Below, one piece after another: positions 21,229 through 30,730 of a DNA stretch of 64,000 nt. The stretch is from the NCBI GenBank assembly GCA_963768305.1, contig CAVYHE010000007.1:125485-189484 (forward strand), given 5' to 3'. A model generated the notes under the pieces. That model saw nothing but the letters and a program-made list of their open reading frames with translations, ran no database searches and was not told where the DNA came from. The stretch comes from an uncultured bacterium (lineage in GTDB: Bacteria; Margulisbacteria; WOR-1; CAVSGV01). The position numbers and the translations under genes are program-made. The stretch's first letter is position 1. Each line of letters starts with the position of its first letter.

Positions 21229-21306
21229 ACTGATCTACCTCCCGGATTTTTTTAATTATCAAAAAAACGAGAGGCAAGTATATCATCCGTGTGATAAAAT
21301 GTCCAC

Positions 21307-21741
21307 GTGGGCAATTTAAGCGAACATTTCAATCACCAGGATTTCTTCTGCAAATGCGCCGCGTGCAAGATGAACAAAGAATACAAGATCCATCTTGGTC
21401 TTGTAGGGTCACTGGAAATGCTTGCGGTGAAACTGAATAAGCCTGTCAAGGTCAAGACGGCTTACAGATGCGAGGCGGAAAATGAGCGGATAGGCGGCGG
21501 AAGGAAAAGCTTCCACGTATACGGCAAAGCAGCGCATATATATGTAGAGGGAATGCCCCCTCAGGAACTGTTCAAGCACGTCCGGGAAATAGAAGAAGTC
21601 AAAGGGATAGGCCTTAATCTGGATGACGGAACGGTACATGTGGACCTGCGGAACGAACCTGAAAGAGCGGAATGGGTAAAAGATAAAGGCAAGTATATCC
21701 CTCTGACTGCGGATAAGAAGCATCAGTTCGGCCTTGAATAA
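21307..21741 (+). CDS. Peptidase M15 (D-Ala-D-Ala carboxypeptidase/YcbK-like) family protein
   Basis: LSEHF..DFFCKC, AYRC..N..GG..SFH..GKAA and VHVD. Confidence 0.8.
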   Translation: MGNLSEHFNHQDFFCKCAACKMNKEYKIHLGLVGSLEMLAVKLNKPVKVKTAYRCEAENERIGGGRKSFHVYGKAAHIYVEGMPPQELFKHVREIEEVKGIGLNLDDGTVHVDLRNEPERAEWVKDKGKYIPLTADKKHQFGLE

Positions 21742-22629
21742 ATGAAGCTGCTCATTGAGCCTTTCCATGCATATCTAAGAAATGAACTTAATCTATCGCC
21801 GCATACTATTCTTGCTTATGTTCGCGATGTTGGCCAGTTCATCGGATTCGTGAACAGCAAAGGAACTCTTTATGATGACCCGCACAGGATTGATCCCGCG
21901 TTCGCCAGGTCTTATCTGCGGTGGTTGGAGCTGAAGAATTTCTCAAAAAAGTCCGTCGCCAGAAAAATATCATCATGCAGGGCATTCTTCAGGTACTTGT
22001 TAAGGGAGGACAAGGTAAAGCTTAATCCTTTCGAGCATATATTGAGCCCGAAGCTCGGTAAAAGGCTTCCTTCTTTTCTTTATCCTGAAGAAGTTGTCAA
22101 GCTTCTGAACGCCGTCAATCTTAAGCATAAGGTCGGCCTTCGTGATCTGGCGATACTGGAGCTTATATACGCGTCTGGAATGAGGGTTGGCGAAGTAGCA
22201 AAGTTAATGGCTGATAATGTAGACCTTGTAAGCGGAGAAGTGCTGGTACAGGGAAAAGGCGCCAGGGAAAGAGTTGTCCTGATCGGTTCTCATGCAATTT
22301 CATCAGTAAGAGATTATCTTTCGTCCGCCAGTTACGCAGCTAAAGAGAAGCGACCGCTGTTCATGGGCAGGAGAGGAACAAGGCTGACAAGCAGGTCAAT
22401 TGAAAGGATGATCAGGAAATACGCGCGGAAAGCCGGACTTAAGGGCCGCGTAACTCCGCACACGCTGAGGCATTCATTCGCTACGCATCTTTTAAGCGGC
22501 GGGGCGGACCTCAAGATCGTTCAGGAGCTTTTGGGCCACTCATCCCTTTCAACGACACAGGTCTACACTCATATTACAAAGGAAAGATTGAAATCCATCT
22601 ATGATAAGGCGCATCCACGGGCTAAGTAG
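21742..22629 (+). CDS. xerC: Tyrosine recombinase XerC/XerD
   Basis: RDLAILELIYASGMRVGE, GKG.RER, PHTLRHSFATHLL and LLGH..LSTTQVY. Confidence 0.9.
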   Translation: MKLLIEPFHAYLRNELNLSPHTILAYVRDVGQFIGFVNSKGTLYDDPHRIDPAFARSYLRWLELKNFSKKSVARKISSCRAFFRYLLREDKVKLNPFEHILSPKLGKRLPSFLYPEEVVKLLNAVNLKHKVGLRDLAILELIYASGMRVGEVAKLMADNVDLVSGEVLVQGKGARERVVLIGSHAISSVRDYLSSASYAAKEKRPLFMGRRGTRLTSRSIERMIRKYARKAGLKGRVTPHTLRHSFATHLLSGGADLKIVQELLGHSSLSTTQVYTHITKERLKSIYDKAHPRAK

Positions 22630-22650
22630 GCTTGCGGGCTTTATTCTCAA

Positions 22651-22679
22651 TTGACATCCCCTTCCCACGCCTATATAAT
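22651..22679 (+). promoter_or_regulatory. Sigma70 promoter of the yceD-rpmF-plsX-fab operon
   Basis: Perfect TTGACA-N17-TATAAT. Confidence 0.85.
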
Positions 22680-22694
22680 TGCTTTTTGTTTTTT

Positions 22695-22716
22695 GCCTGC
22701 CTGCCAGCAGGCAGGC
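22695..22716. repeat. Short GC-rich palindromic element
   Basis: GCCTGCCTGC-CA-GCAGGCAGGC perfect inverted repeat. Confidence 0.75.
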
Positions 22717-22751
22717 CCGACGCCCTGGTATGATCGAAGGAGGAAAGTGCC

Positions 22752-23240
22752 GTGAAGATCGACGTCACCGACCTGCTGAAAAGCGTCGGAGCCGAGTTAA
22801 AGATAGATAGACGCGAATCTCTGGTTTTTGAAGATGCCATTGAATTGACGTCCCCGGTCCAGGTAAAGCTGAAATTGACGAATACGGGAGAGACGATTTT
22901 AGTCTCCGGAACCATAAAAACTGACTTGAAATTGTGCTGCTGCCGGTGTTTAAAAGATTTCAAGTATCCGGTGAACATCAAGATCGAAGAAGAGTATAGT
23001 AAAAAAAGTCCCGTTATCAGGTCGAAAAATAAAGAAATTGAATTGAAGGAAAAAGACTTCGTTTTTGAGATCGGCGGGAACAATATCATAGATCTGGATG
23101 AAGCAATAAGGCAGAATTTGATAGTTAACATTCCTATCAAGCCGATATGCAGCAAGACCTGTAAGATCGAAAGTATCTCGGTAGATAAAGGTAAAAGCAT
23201 TGATCCGAGGCTGTTAAAGTTGAAAAATTTAAATATCTAG
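22752..23240 (+). CDS. yceD: DUF177/YceD family protein
   Basis: CCRCL and PICSKTC motifs, IDPRL; immediately upstream of rpmF. Confidence 0.9.
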   Translation: MKIDVTDLLKSVGAELKIDRRESLVFEDAIELTSPVQVKLKLTNTGETILVSGTIKTDLKLCCCRCLKDFKYPVNIKIEEEYSKKSPVIRSKNKEIELKEKDFVFEIGGNNIIDLDEAIRQNLIVNIPIKPICSKTCKIESISVDKGKSIDPRLLKLKNLNI

Positions 23241-23251
23241 GAGGACTAAAA

Positions 23252-23491
23252 ATGCCAGTACCGAAGAAAAGACACTCGAACACAAGGACCCGCACAAGAA
23301 GAGCGAACTGGAAGCTGACAGCGATGAACCTAGGTGAATGCCCGCAGTGCCACTCAAAAGTGATGTCCCACCACGCTTGCCCCGTTTGCGGAACTTATCA
23401 GGGGAGAACGGTGCTTAAAATAGAGACAGGAGATAAAAAGAAACACCACGGCAAACACGAGTCAGGCGGCGAGGAGAAGGCCAAGTCTTGA
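23252..23491 (+). CDS. rpmF: 50S ribosomal protein L32
   Basis: MPVPKKRHS and CPQC...HHACPVCGTY. Confidence 0.97.
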   Translation: MPVPKKRHSNTRTRTRRANWKLTAMNLGECPQCHSKVMSHHACPVCGTYQGRTVLKIETGDKKKHHGKHESGGEEKAKS

Positions 23492-24477
23492 TCCGAATAG
23501 CTCTTGACGCCATGGGCGGGGATTTTGCACCCGCCGAAACAATAAAGGGCGCGATACAGGCGCTGGCCGGATCGGATAATATAGATATCATCCTCGTAGG
23601 CCAGGAAGAACGGATAAAAAAAGAGCTGAGACGATACAAGCACATTTCTGGCATATCAATCGTTAATGCGACCGAAATCATCTCCACGAGCGAATCTCCC
23701 ATTCAGGCCATAAAACAAAAGAAAGATTCTTCTATCAATATAGCTGTATCCCTCGTCAAAGAAGGGAAAGCTGAAGCCATTGTTTCCGCCGGGAACACCG
23801 GCGCGTTAATGGCTTCCGCGCTCTTCGGGCTTGGAAGGATACCGGGAATTGAACGACCTGCAATAGCATCGGTATTCCCGTCAAGAAAGGGTAATGTCGT
23901 CCTTCTGGACATGGGCGCGAACGTGGACTGCAAACCGAAGCATCTTGTTCAGTTCGCAAAAATGGGAAGCGAATACGCGGAACGCGTCCTGAAGATAAAT
24001 AATCCTAAGATTGGCCTCCTGAATATCGGTGAAGAGCCTGAAAAGGGAAATGAGCTCACGACCTCCACATATCCCCTCCTGAAAGAGACCAGCCTGAATT
24101 TTGCCGGAATGGTAGAAAGCAAAGAGATCTTTTCCGGAAAAGTAGATGTTGTGGTCTGCGACGGATTCATAGGCAATCTGATATTGAAATTCGGGGAATC
24201 TACGGCAGGTTTCTTGTTTGACCTGATAAAAGAAGAGCTTTCAAAACATCCCATAATGAAACTTGGGGTTCTTTTCCTGATACCCGCACTTAAAAGGATA
24301 AGCAAAAAAGTGGATTACGACGAGTTCGGAGGCGCGCAGCTTCTGGGCCTTAACGGCGTTGCCATTAAAGCGCACGGAAGGGCGAAAGCAAAAGCGATCA
24401 AGAACGCGATCAGGGTAGCGGCGGAATCGGTCAGCGGCGAAGTTGTCTCTTATATTTCAAAAGCGGGGGAACTATAA
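23488..24477 (+). CDS. plsX: Phosphate acyltransferase
   Basis: IALDAMGGDFAP, SAGNTGA, LDMGANVD and VCDGFIGN. Confidence 0.97.
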   Translation: MIRIALDAMGGDFAPAETIKGAIQALAGSDNIDIILVGQEERIKKELRRYKHISGISIVNATEIISTSESPIQAIKQKKDSSINIAVSLVKEGKAEAIVSAGNTGALMASALFGLGRIPGIERPAIASVFPSRKGNVVLLDMGANVDCKPKHLVQFAKMGSEYAERVLKINNPKIGLLNIGEEPEKGNELTTSTYPLLKETSLNFAGMVESKEIFSGKVDVVVCDGFIGNLILKFGESTAGFLFDLIKEELSKHPIMKLGVLFLIPALKRISKKVDYDEFGGAQLLGLNGVAIKAHGRAKAKAIKNAIRVAAESVSGEVVSYISKAGEL

Positions 24478-25440
24478 GTGAAAAGGGCCTCGATCATAGG
24501 GACCGGTTCGTATCTCCCCGAAAAGATCCTCACTAATTTCGACCTTTCAAAAATGGTGGAAACTTCCGACGAATGGATACGGGAAAGGACCGGCATTAAG
24601 GAAAGAAGAATCTCCGCAAAGAATGAGGCTACTTCCGATCTGGGTGTTAAAGCGGCAAAAAAAGCGCTGTCCTCAGCCGGTATCAATCCGGACAAAATTG
24701 AACTTATTATAGTAGGCACATCCAGCCCTGACATGCTTTTCCCGTCCACCGCCTGCATCATACAGGACCAGCTTGGCGCCGTGAACTCGGCGGCTTTTGA
24801 TGTTTCAGCCGCGTGCTCCGGATTCAACTATGCTCTAGCAGCTGCCGCAAGCTTTATTGAATCCGGCGCGTATAACAATGTATTGGTCGTAGGCGCTGAC
24901 ACGCTTACCAAGTACCTGGACTGGACAGACAGGAACACCTGCATCCTGTTCGGCGACGGCGCCGGAGCAGTGATGTTGAATGCTTCAACTGACGGCAGCG
25001 GAGTTCTTGCAAGCTACCTGGGAGCCGAAGGCTCCGGCGGAAAATACCTGATAATGCCTGGAGGCGGCTCCAGGGACCCGGAAGCAAAGAAAAGGTTCAT
25101 CTGGATGGACGGCAAGGAAGTTTTCAAGTTCGCGGTGAAAGTCCTGCCTAAATGCGTGAAGAAAGTCCTGGAAAAAGCCTCGCTTACGGTAAATGACGTT
25201 TCCCTCCTGATCCCGCACCAGGCGAACATGAGGATAGTTGATTTTGCCGTTAAGAATCTTGGCTTGTCAAAAGATAAGGTTTATGTTAACCTCGACAAAT
25301 ACGGAAATACCTCGGCAGCCTCAATCCCCATAGCGCTTGATGAAGCGTCAAAAGAAGGAAAGATCAAGAAAGGGGACATTGTCACGCTGGCGGGGTTCGG
25401 AGCGGGCCTGACGTACGGCTCCAATATCATAAAGTGGTGA
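24478..25440 (+). CDS. fabH: Beta-ketoacyl-ACP synthase III
   Basis: AACSGF, PHQAN and YGNTSAAS catalytic C/H/N. Confidence 0.97.
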   Translation: MKRASIIGTGSYLPEKILTNFDLSKMVETSDEWIRERTGIKERRISAKNEATSDLGVKAAKKALSSAGINPDKIELIIVGTSSPDMLFPSTACIIQDQLGAVNSAAFDVSAACSGFNYALAAAASFIESGAYNNVLVVGADTLTKYLDWTDRNTCILFGDGAGAVMLNASTDGSGVLASYLGAEGSGGKYLIMPGGGSRDPEAKKRFIWMDGKEVFKFAVKVLPKCVKKVLEKASLTVNDVSLLIPHQANMRIVDFAVKNLGLSKDKVYVNLDKYGNTSAASIPIALDEASKEGKIKKGDIVTLAGFGAGLTYGSNIIKW

Positions 25441-25469
25441 TCGTTTTTTTACGGGAGGTCGGATAAAAA

Positions 25470-26627
25470 ATGGATTACGGGATGAATGAAGAGCAAAAAA
25501 TGATCCAGGACCTGGCGAAAAAGATCGCAGTGGAAAAGGCGCTCCCATTGAGAGAGGAGCTGGACATAAGCGGGGAATTCCCATGGCCTGTGGTGAAAGC
25601 CCTGGCAGAATCAAATCTCACCGGCATCGGCATTGAGGAAAAATACGAAGGCATAGGCAAGGGAGTATTTGAATACTGCATCGTTACGGAACAGCTTAGC
25701 ATCATCTGCGGGGGCATCGCTCTGGCATTCGCGGCAACCGGGCTCGGGACCATGCCGATCATAATGTTCGGCAATGAAGAACAAAAACAAAAATACCTTC
25801 CTCCTATTGCAAGGGGCGAAAAGCTTGCCGCATTCGGGCTTACCGAAGCTAACGCCGGCTCTGACGCCGGAGGAATGCAGACAACCGCAAAGAAAGACGG
25901 GGACTATTTCATCCTTAACGGCACAAAACAATGGATAACGAACGGCGGAGAAGCTGAAACATATTCCGTGATCGCGATAACGGACAGGAAAAAAGGCGCC
26001 AGGGGGGCTTCAGCTTTCATACTGGAGAAAGATATGCCGGGATTCACCTTCGGGAAAAAAGAGAACAAGATGGGCATTCGCGCATCAGCAACAAGGGAGC
26101 TGGTCTTTCAGGATTGCAAAGTGCATAAAAGCCAGATGCTTGGAAAAGAAGGAATGGGATTCATTGTCGCAATGAAAACATTGGACAGGACAAGGCCGGG
26201 AATAGCTGCCCAGGCTGTTGGCATCGCTCAGGGCGCATTGAATGAAGCGCTCAAATATACAAGGCAGAGAGAGCAGTTCGGCGCGAAAATAAGCACTTTC
26301 CAGGCAGTTCAGCACATACTCGCGGATATGGCCACTCAGGTGGAAGCGGCCAGGGCGCTTGTTTATGCGACTGCAAGAACGATAGATTCCGGTTCAGGCG
26401 AGACCTCAAAGGTATCCGCAATGTGCAAGCTGATGGCATCGGACACCGCTATGAGGGTCACGACCGACGCGGTCCAGCTTTTCGGCGGATACGGCTACAT
26501 GAAGGAATATCCGGTCGAGAAGATGATGAGGGACGCGAAGATAACCCAAATTTATGAAGGCACCAACCAGATCCAGCGCAATGTCATCGCGCTGGAACTC
26601 ATCAAGGAGCTTGCCGCCAAGAAATAG
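25470..26627 (+). CDS. Acyl-CoA dehydrogenase (butyryl-CoA dehydrogenase-like)
   Basis: FGLTEANAGSDA, NGTKQWITN, GGYGYMKEYPVE and IYEGTNQIQR. Confidence 0.95.
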   Translation: MDYGMNEEQKMIQDLAKKIAVEKALPLREELDISGEFPWPVVKALAESNLTGIGIEEKYEGIGKGVFEYCIVTEQLSIICGGIALAFAATGLGTMPIIMFGNEEQKQKYLPPIARGEKLAAFGLTEANAGSDAGGMQTTAKKDGDYFILNGTKQWITNGGEAETYSVIAITDRKKGARGASAFILEKDMPGFTFGKKENKMGIRASATRELVFQDCKVHKSQMLGKEGMGFIVAMKTLDRTRPGIAAQAVGIAQGALNEALKYTRQREQFGAKISTFQAVQHILADMATQVEAARALVYATARTIDSGSGETSKVSAMCKLMASDTAMRVTTDAVQLFGGYGYMKEYPVEKMMRDAKITQIYEGTNQIQRNVIALELIKELAAKK

Positions 26628-26629
26628 AA

Positions 26630-27412
26630 ATGAACATCATCGTCTGCATTAAACAGGTCCCCGGAACGACGCAGGTAAAAATAAACCCCGAAACGAACAC
26701 GCTCATCAGAGAAGGCGTGGAAGCCATTATTAATCCCTTCGATGAAAATGCGGTGGAAGCCGCGCTGCAGCTCCGCGACAAGCACGGCGGAAAGGTAACG
26801 GTAATAACAATGGGTCCTCCTCAGGCTATCAGCGCCCTAAAAGACACTATAGCGCTCGGGGCGGATGAGGCGATACTCATCTCCGACAGGGCATTCGCCG
26901 GTTCTGACACATGGGCAACTGCATACACGCTTTCACAGACGATAAAAAAGATCGGCGCTTTTGACCTTGTGATATGCGGGAAACAGGCCATAGACGGCGA
27001 TACCGCGCAGGTAGGGCCGGGCGTCGCGGAATTCCTTAATCTTCCTCAGGTGACTTTCGCCATAGGAGTTGAGATCAACGGTGATATGATGAAGGTCAAC
27101 CGATTGCTTGAAGAAACAAATGAGATCGTGGAGGTCAAGCTTCCCGCCGTTATTACGGTAGTAAAACAGATGAATATTCCCCGCATGCCTTCGTTCAAGG
27201 GAAAGATCAAGGCGAAAAATGCAGTGATACCTGTTTGGGGCGCAAAAGACATCAATGGGCAGGACGGCTGCATGGGCCAGAAAGGCTCCCCGACATCTGT
27301 CATAAAGATATTCACTCCTCCGCCAAAAGGCGGCGGGGAGATCCTTCAGGGCTCCAGTGATGAAATGGTGGATACACTTGTAAAAAAACTCCGTGACAGG
27401 AAGGTCTGCTGA
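26630..27412 (+). CDS. etfB: Electron transfer flavoprotein beta subunit (bifurcating type)
   Basis: CIKQVP, DRAFAGSDTWAT and GKQAIDGDTAQVGP. Confidence 0.95.
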   Translation: MNIIVCIKQVPGTTQVKINPETNTLIREGVEAIINPFDENAVEAALQLRDKHGGKVTVITMGPPQAISALKDTIALGADEAILISDRAFAGSDTWATAYTLSQTIKKIGAFDLVICGKQAIDGDTAQVGPGVAEFLNLPQVTFAIGVEINGDMMKVNRLLEETNEIVEVKLPAVITVVKQMNIPRMPSFKGKIKAKNAVIPVWGAKDINGQDGCMGQKGSPTSVIKIFTPPPKGGGEILQGSSDEMVDTLVKKLRDRKVC

Positions 27413-28608
27413 TGGGAATCAGGATCATTAACGATAAGTGTATCGGCTGTAAATTGTGCGTGCCCGCCTGCCCGCTCGGCGCCATAAAAGTTGAGAACAA
27501 AAAGGCGATCATCGACCTTGATAAATGCAATCTCTGCGGCGCGTGCCCTTCCTCATGCAAATTCAACGCCATTGAGATCACAAAGGAAGATGTTAGTGTC
27601 GTTGATAAGAGCTTATATAAGAATATATGGGTCTTTGCGGAACAATGTGAAAATGACGTCCATCCTGTCGCATTGGAGCTGCTTGGCGAAGGAAGAAAAC
27701 TGGCGGACGACCTCGGTGTTGAACTGTGCGCTCTGCTCCTTGGCAGCGCGGACATTGAAAAAGAAATAAAAAAATTGATTGAATGCGGGGCTGACAAAGT
27801 TTATATCGCAACGGCTCCGGAGTTAAAACATTACAGCACCCTCCCCTATTCTTCGATAATTTCCGGAATGATAAAACAGTACAGGCCGGAGATCGTGCTT
27901 TTCGGTGCAACAACCACGGGCCGCGATCTCGCATCCAGGATAGCCGCAAGGATAAACGCAGGTCTCACCGCTGACTGCACCGGTCTTGCAATAGACAAGG
28001 AAACTAAACTCCTTCTGCAAACCCGCCCGGCTTTCGGCGGTAACATAATGGCAACTATCATATGCAAGAACCACAGGCCGCAAATGGCGACCGTAAGGCC
28101 GAAGGTTTTCAAGAAAGCCGTGCCGGACAGTTCAAGAAAAGGACAAATTATTAAAGTTCCCGCAAAAATCGATCAGGGCGATCTGCTGGTCAAGCTGGTT
28201 GAAATCATAAAAGACTCGACGGTAAAAGTTAATCTGGCCGAAGCCGAAATAATCGTTTCCGGCGGAAGAGGGCTTCAGGCTCCCGAAAATTTCAAACTCG
28301 TTGAGGAACTTGCGAGCGTAATCGGCGGCGCGGTGGGAGCTTCGCGCGCGACAGTTGACGCAGGCTGGATATCTTCTCATCATCAGGTCGGGCAGACCGG
28401 GAAAACCGTATGCCCCAAGCTTTACATAGCTGTCGGCATTTCAGGCGCCATCCAGCATTTGGCCGGCATGGGTTCGTCTGAGATCATCGTCGCCATCAAC
28501 AAGGACCCGGATGCGCCGATTTTCAAGGTCGCGACCTACGGCATCGTGGCGGATCTTTTCGAGATCGTTCCGAAATTGACAAGAAAATTGAAAGAAGTCA
28601 GGGGCTAA
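27412..28608 (+). CDS. etfA: Electron transfer flavoprotein alpha subunit with N-terminal 2x[4Fe-4S] ferredoxin domain
   Basis: [12 protein letters not shown] and [30 protein letters not shown] and GISGAIQH. Confidence 0.95.
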   Translation: MGIRIINDKCIGCKLCVPACPLGAIKVENKKAIIDLDKCNLCGACPSSCKFNAIEITKEDVSVVDKSLYKNIWVFAEQCENDVHPVALELLGEGRKLADDLGVELCALLLGSADIEKEIKKLIECGADKVYIATAPELKHYSTLPYSSIISGMIKQYRPEIVLFGATTTGRDLASRIAARINAGLTADCTGLAIDKETKLLLQTRPAFGGNIMATIICKNHRPQMATVRPKVFKKAVPDSSRKGQIIKVPAKIDQGDLLVKLVEIIKDSTVKVNLAEAEIIVSGGRGLQAPENFKLVEELASVIGGAVGASRATVDAGWISSHHQVGQTGKTVCPKLYIAVGISGAIQHLAGMGSSEIIVAINKDPDAPIFKVATYGIVADLFEIVPKLTRKLKEVRG

Positions 28609-28616
28609 AAAAATAC

Positions 28617-28643
28617 GGAACCTGCGACTGAAGTCGCGGTTCC
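28617..28643. repeat. REP-like intergenic hairpin
   Basis: GGAACC-T-GCGACT-GA-AGTCGC-GGTTCC. Confidence 0.55.
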
Positions 28644-28663
28644 CATCTAGAAAGGTTTTGTAA

Positions 28664-29599
28664 ATGGCTAAAGTTGCTCTTGTATTCCCAGGTCAGGGCT
28701 CCCAATATGTCGGGATGGGCAAGGACCTAGCTGAAAAATTCAGCTACGCGAAAAAATTCTTTGATGAAGCCAATGATGCTCTCGGATTTAACCTTTCGAA
28801 GCTTTGCCTTGAAGGGCCGGAGGAAGAGCTGAGAAAGACCGAGATCACCCAGCCGGCGATATTGACCGTGTCTGCAATGTGCCTGGAAGCGATAAGGTCT
28901 TTCGGGAAAATAAACGCGGAAGCGGTGGCAGGGCACAGCTTGGGAGAGTATACCGCTTTATACGCGGCGGGTTCTTTGAATTTCAGGGAAGCGATCAAGC
29001 TTGTGCATCTGCGCGGGCAATTCATGCAAACCGCTGTGCCTCTCGGAGAAGGGACAATGGCTGCGATACTAGGGCTTGATCATAATACCGTAAAAGCTAT
29101 ATGCATTATGGCATCCGCCATGGGAACGGTTGAAGCGGCAAATATCAACAGCCCGGGCCAGATAATAATTTCGGGGAAAGTCGCGGGAGTGGCGGAAGCC
29201 GAGCGGCTCTGCAAGGAAGCCGGCGCAAAAAGGGTGATGGAGCTTCAAGTGAGCGCGCCTTTCCATTCCAGCCTGATGAAGCCGGCGGCTGACATGCTTG
29301 CAGAAGTTTTGGGGAAATTGAATTTCAAGGATCCGTCGGTGCCGGTGGTATCGAACGTGACAGCGGATTATGTGACAAGCGGAACCACAGCAAAGGAGCT
29401 TTTGATAAAACAGATGACGTCCCCCGTTCTTTGGGAAGATTCCATAAGAAAAATGGCGGCAGATGGATTTGATTCTTTTATCGAGGTCGGACCGGGAAAA
29501 GTCCTTGCTGGATTAATTAAGAAGATAGAACCGAAAGCAAAGATGTATAATGTGGCCGATGCGGCGACTCTCGGGACCTTTTTAGGAAGCTTTACATAG
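28664..29599 (+). CDS. fabD: Malonyl-CoA:ACP transacylase
   Basis: FPGQGSQ, GHSLGEY and SAPFHS. Confidence 0.97.
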   Translation: MAKVALVFPGQGSQYVGMGKDLAEKFSYAKKFFDEANDALGFNLSKLCLEGPEEELRKTEITQPAILTVSAMCLEAIRSFGKINAEAVAGHSLGEYTALYAAGSLNFREAIKLVHLRGQFMQTAVPLGEGTMAAILGLDHNTVKAICIMASAMGTVEAANINSPGQIIISGKVAGVAEAERLCKEAGAKRVMELQVSAPFHSSLMKPAADMLAEVLGKLNFKDPSVPVVSNVTADYVTSGTTAKELLIKQMTSPVLWEDSIRKMAADGFDSFIEVGPGKVLAGLIKKIEPKAKMYNVADAATLGTFLGSFT

Positions 29600-29609
29600 G
29601 AGGTTGACT

Positions 29610-30347
29610 ATGAAACTTAAAGGAAAGGTTGCTCTTGTGACCGGCTCCGCACAGGGAATAGGCAAATCAATAGCGGAAGCACTTGCAAAAGAAGGCGCGG
29701 ACATTATCGTTTCTGATATCAATATCGATACGGCGAATGTTACGGCTGGAGAGATCGCAAAGCTAGGAGTAAAAACCATCGCGACAAAAACCAATGTTGC
29801 GGACGCCGAAAGTGTAAAAGCCATGGTGGATGAATCGGTCAAGGCTTTCGGGAAGATAGATATTCTCATCAATAATGCCGGCATCACCAGGGACAACCTT
29901 CTTATCAGGATGAAGGATGAAGACTGGGACGCCGTGCTCAACGTGAACTTGCGGTCCATGTTCCTTTGCATTAAGGCAACGGCCCCCTTGATGATGAAAA
30001 GCAGGTGGGGTAGAATAGTTAATATAGCATCGATCGTAGGGGAGATGGGGAATTCCGGGCAGGTGAATTATTCGGCCGCAAAAGCCGGCGCTGTAGGGAT
30101 GACAAAGACAGTCGCAAGGGAACTTGCATCCCGCGGCATCACATGTAATGCGGTCGCGCCCGGTTTCATTGATACTGCAATGACGCAAAAATTATCCGAT
30201 GACGTTAAAAAACGGCTTAGCGAACAGATCCCGCTCACGCGCCTGGGAACACCGGACGATGTGGCAAAAGCCGTTTTATTTTTATGTACCGACGCGGATT
30301 ATATTACCGGCCAGGTTATTAATGTAAATGGCGGCATGTACATGTAG
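29610..30347 (+). CDS. fabG: 3-oxoacyl-ACP reductase
   Basis: TGSAQGIG, NNAGITRD and YSAAK; ATG at 29610 after GGAGG. Confidence 0.97.
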   Translation: MKLKGKVALVTGSAQGIGKSIAEALAKEGADIIVSDINIDTANVTAGEIAKLGVKTIATKTNVADAESVKAMVDESVKAFGKIDILINNAGITRDNLLIRMKDEDWDAVLNVNLRSMFLCIKATAPLMMKSRWGRIVNIASIVGEMGNSGQVNYSAAKAGAVGMTKTVARELASRGITCNAVAPGFIDTAMTQKLSDDVKKRLSEQIPLTRLGTPDDVAKAVLFLCTDADYITGQVINVNGGMYM

Positions 30348-30406
30348 TTTTTTGAAATTTGAATTTTGATTTTTTGATTTATTAAGGAGGGGGTGAGAAC
30401 AAAAAA

Positions 30407-30652
30407 ATGGATGAAGCAAAAGTTTTTGATCAGGTGAAAAAGGTAGTTGTGGATCAGCTTGGCGTTTCAGAGGATGAAGTAAAAAGAGAGGCTTCTTTCG
30501 TTGACGATCTTGGGGCTGATTCTCTGGATACGGTGGAGCTGGTAATGGCGCTTGAAGAAGCTTTCGGGATGGAGATCCCGGATGAAGAAGCGGAAAAGAT
30601 CAAAACGGTCGGGGACACTGTGAATTACGTAATGTCCCACGGTAAAAAGTAA
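30407..30652 (+). CDS. acpP: Acyl carrier protein
   Basis: [14 protein letters not shown] phosphopantetheine site. Confidence 0.98.
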   Translation: MDEAKVFDQVKKVVVDQLGVSEDEVKREASFVDDLGADSLDTVELVMALEEAFGMEIPDEEAEKIKTVGDTVNYVMSHGKK

Positions 30653-30730
30653 GTATTATTCGAAAGTTCAAATTTCTTGCCCGGAGTATCCTTGTGGGAT
30701 CCTGGCAAGTTAAGATATATGGAGGGAATT

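Noticed and set aside
21229..21306. SAM riboswitch upstream of metK
   Set aside because: Only 78 bp lie between divergent genes and no SAM-I consensus is visible
21742..22629. Tyrosine recombinase as a prophage or island integrase
   Set aside because: Size and motifs fit housekeeping XerC/D; flanked by core genes with no att repeats or phage genes
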